DNA of 64,000 bases, taken from NCBI GenBank assembly GCA_002104905.1, contig MCFE01000001.1:248001-312000 (forward strand). Reading direction: 5' to 3'. Below the pieces are notes generated by a model. The model was not told where the DNA came from. It saw only the letters and a program-made list of their open reading frames with translations, and did no database searches. Positions 63,544 to 64,000 of the stretch are shown here, piece after piece; the stretch's first letter is position 1, and each line of letters opens with the position of its first letter. The position numbers were made by a program, and so were the translations under genes. This DNA is from Basidiobolus meristosporus CBS 931.73 (lineage: Eukaryota > Fungi > Basidiobolomycota).

Positions 63544-64000
63544 ATGATACGACAACTCACAAAAGAATACAACATGCCTCCGATGTACGAGCGTCGTTGG
63601 CCTTTTGCCTTAAGGTTGAAGAAGTCCGTTATCCCTCGCATCATTTTAAAGATTATCGTCTTGACCGGATTTAGTGCGATAATTGTTGCGTTGAACCAAC
63701 ACGTAACCAAGCTGGATATTGGAAGTCAGGCTGTCATCACAATCCTCGGCATGGTTACCTCACTGTTGCTAGTGTTCAGAACCAACACTGCTTACGACCG
63801 TTACTGGGAAGGCAGACGGTTGTGGAGCACGCAGATGGTCAATCTGCGTAATCTCACTCGATTGATTTGGGTGAACGTGGGCGAAAAATCCCCGCAGGAT
63901 CATAAATTGAAACAGACCGCAGTAAACCTGCTGGTTGCTTTCGCCTACGCCACCAAGCACTACCTCCGTGAGGAATACGACTATTCCGACATCACCCCCG
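63544..64000 (+). CDS. Bestrophin-like (UPF0187/YneE family) channel, N-terminal part; runs off the window
   Basis: Open frame from ATG 63544 or 63574: KKSVIPRIILKIIVLTGFSAIIVAL...GMVTSLLLVFRTNTAYDRYWEGRRLWS...RNLTRLIWV. It is absent from the ORF track because it has no stop in the window. Confidence 0.93.
   Translation, partial: MIRQLTKEYNMPPMYERRWPFALRLKKSVIPRIILKIIVLTGFSAIIVALNQHVTKLDIGSQAVITILGMVTSLLLVFRTNTAYDRYWEGRRLWSTQMVNLRNLTRLIWVNVGEKSPQDHKLKQTAVNLLVAFAYATKHYLREEYDYSDITP

Overview
Eukaryotic, fungal-type DNA with a standard code and short (about 50-110 nt) GT-AG introns. The gene content (RAD51D, CCDC6-like, Topors-like RING, HExxH orphan protease) suggests an early-diverging fungus such as Zoopagomycota or Mucoromycota; this is inference only. 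Bases 1-6,000 are an AT-rich, strongly CpG-depleted pile of Ty1/copia elements: one near-complete degenerate element on the minus strand, scrambled LTR/gag/RNaseH fragments and solo LTRs. From 6.4 to 64 kb the window is gene-dense, with about 29 mostly intron-containing genes. Housekeeping genes: RAMP4, RPO41, POLD3, TBP, mitochondrial GluRS, NDUFV2, PRX5, a MidA-family methyltransferase, AP-1 mu, SRP receptor alpha, PGM3, ODC carrier, NPR3, RAD51D, CCDC6-like, RPL40, TFB4, FCF1, a formin and a partial bestrophin-like gene. Interspersed lineage-specific genes: a secreted 27-aa-repeat XTEN-like protein, a secreted HELVHGLGF metalloprotease, small secreted orphans, an F-box protein and a large ARM-repeat protein. 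The most notable oddities are reading-frame breaks in the formin (two), the F-box gene (at a CUU-UGA +1 shifty-like site) and the ARM gene (at an AATC microsatellite), a candidate spliced uORF ahead of RAMP4, a 9-nt microexon and a GC-AG intron. I found no tRNA, rRNA or CRISPR, and no clearly new multi-gene system. Exon structures were read by eye, so some boundaries are approximate.
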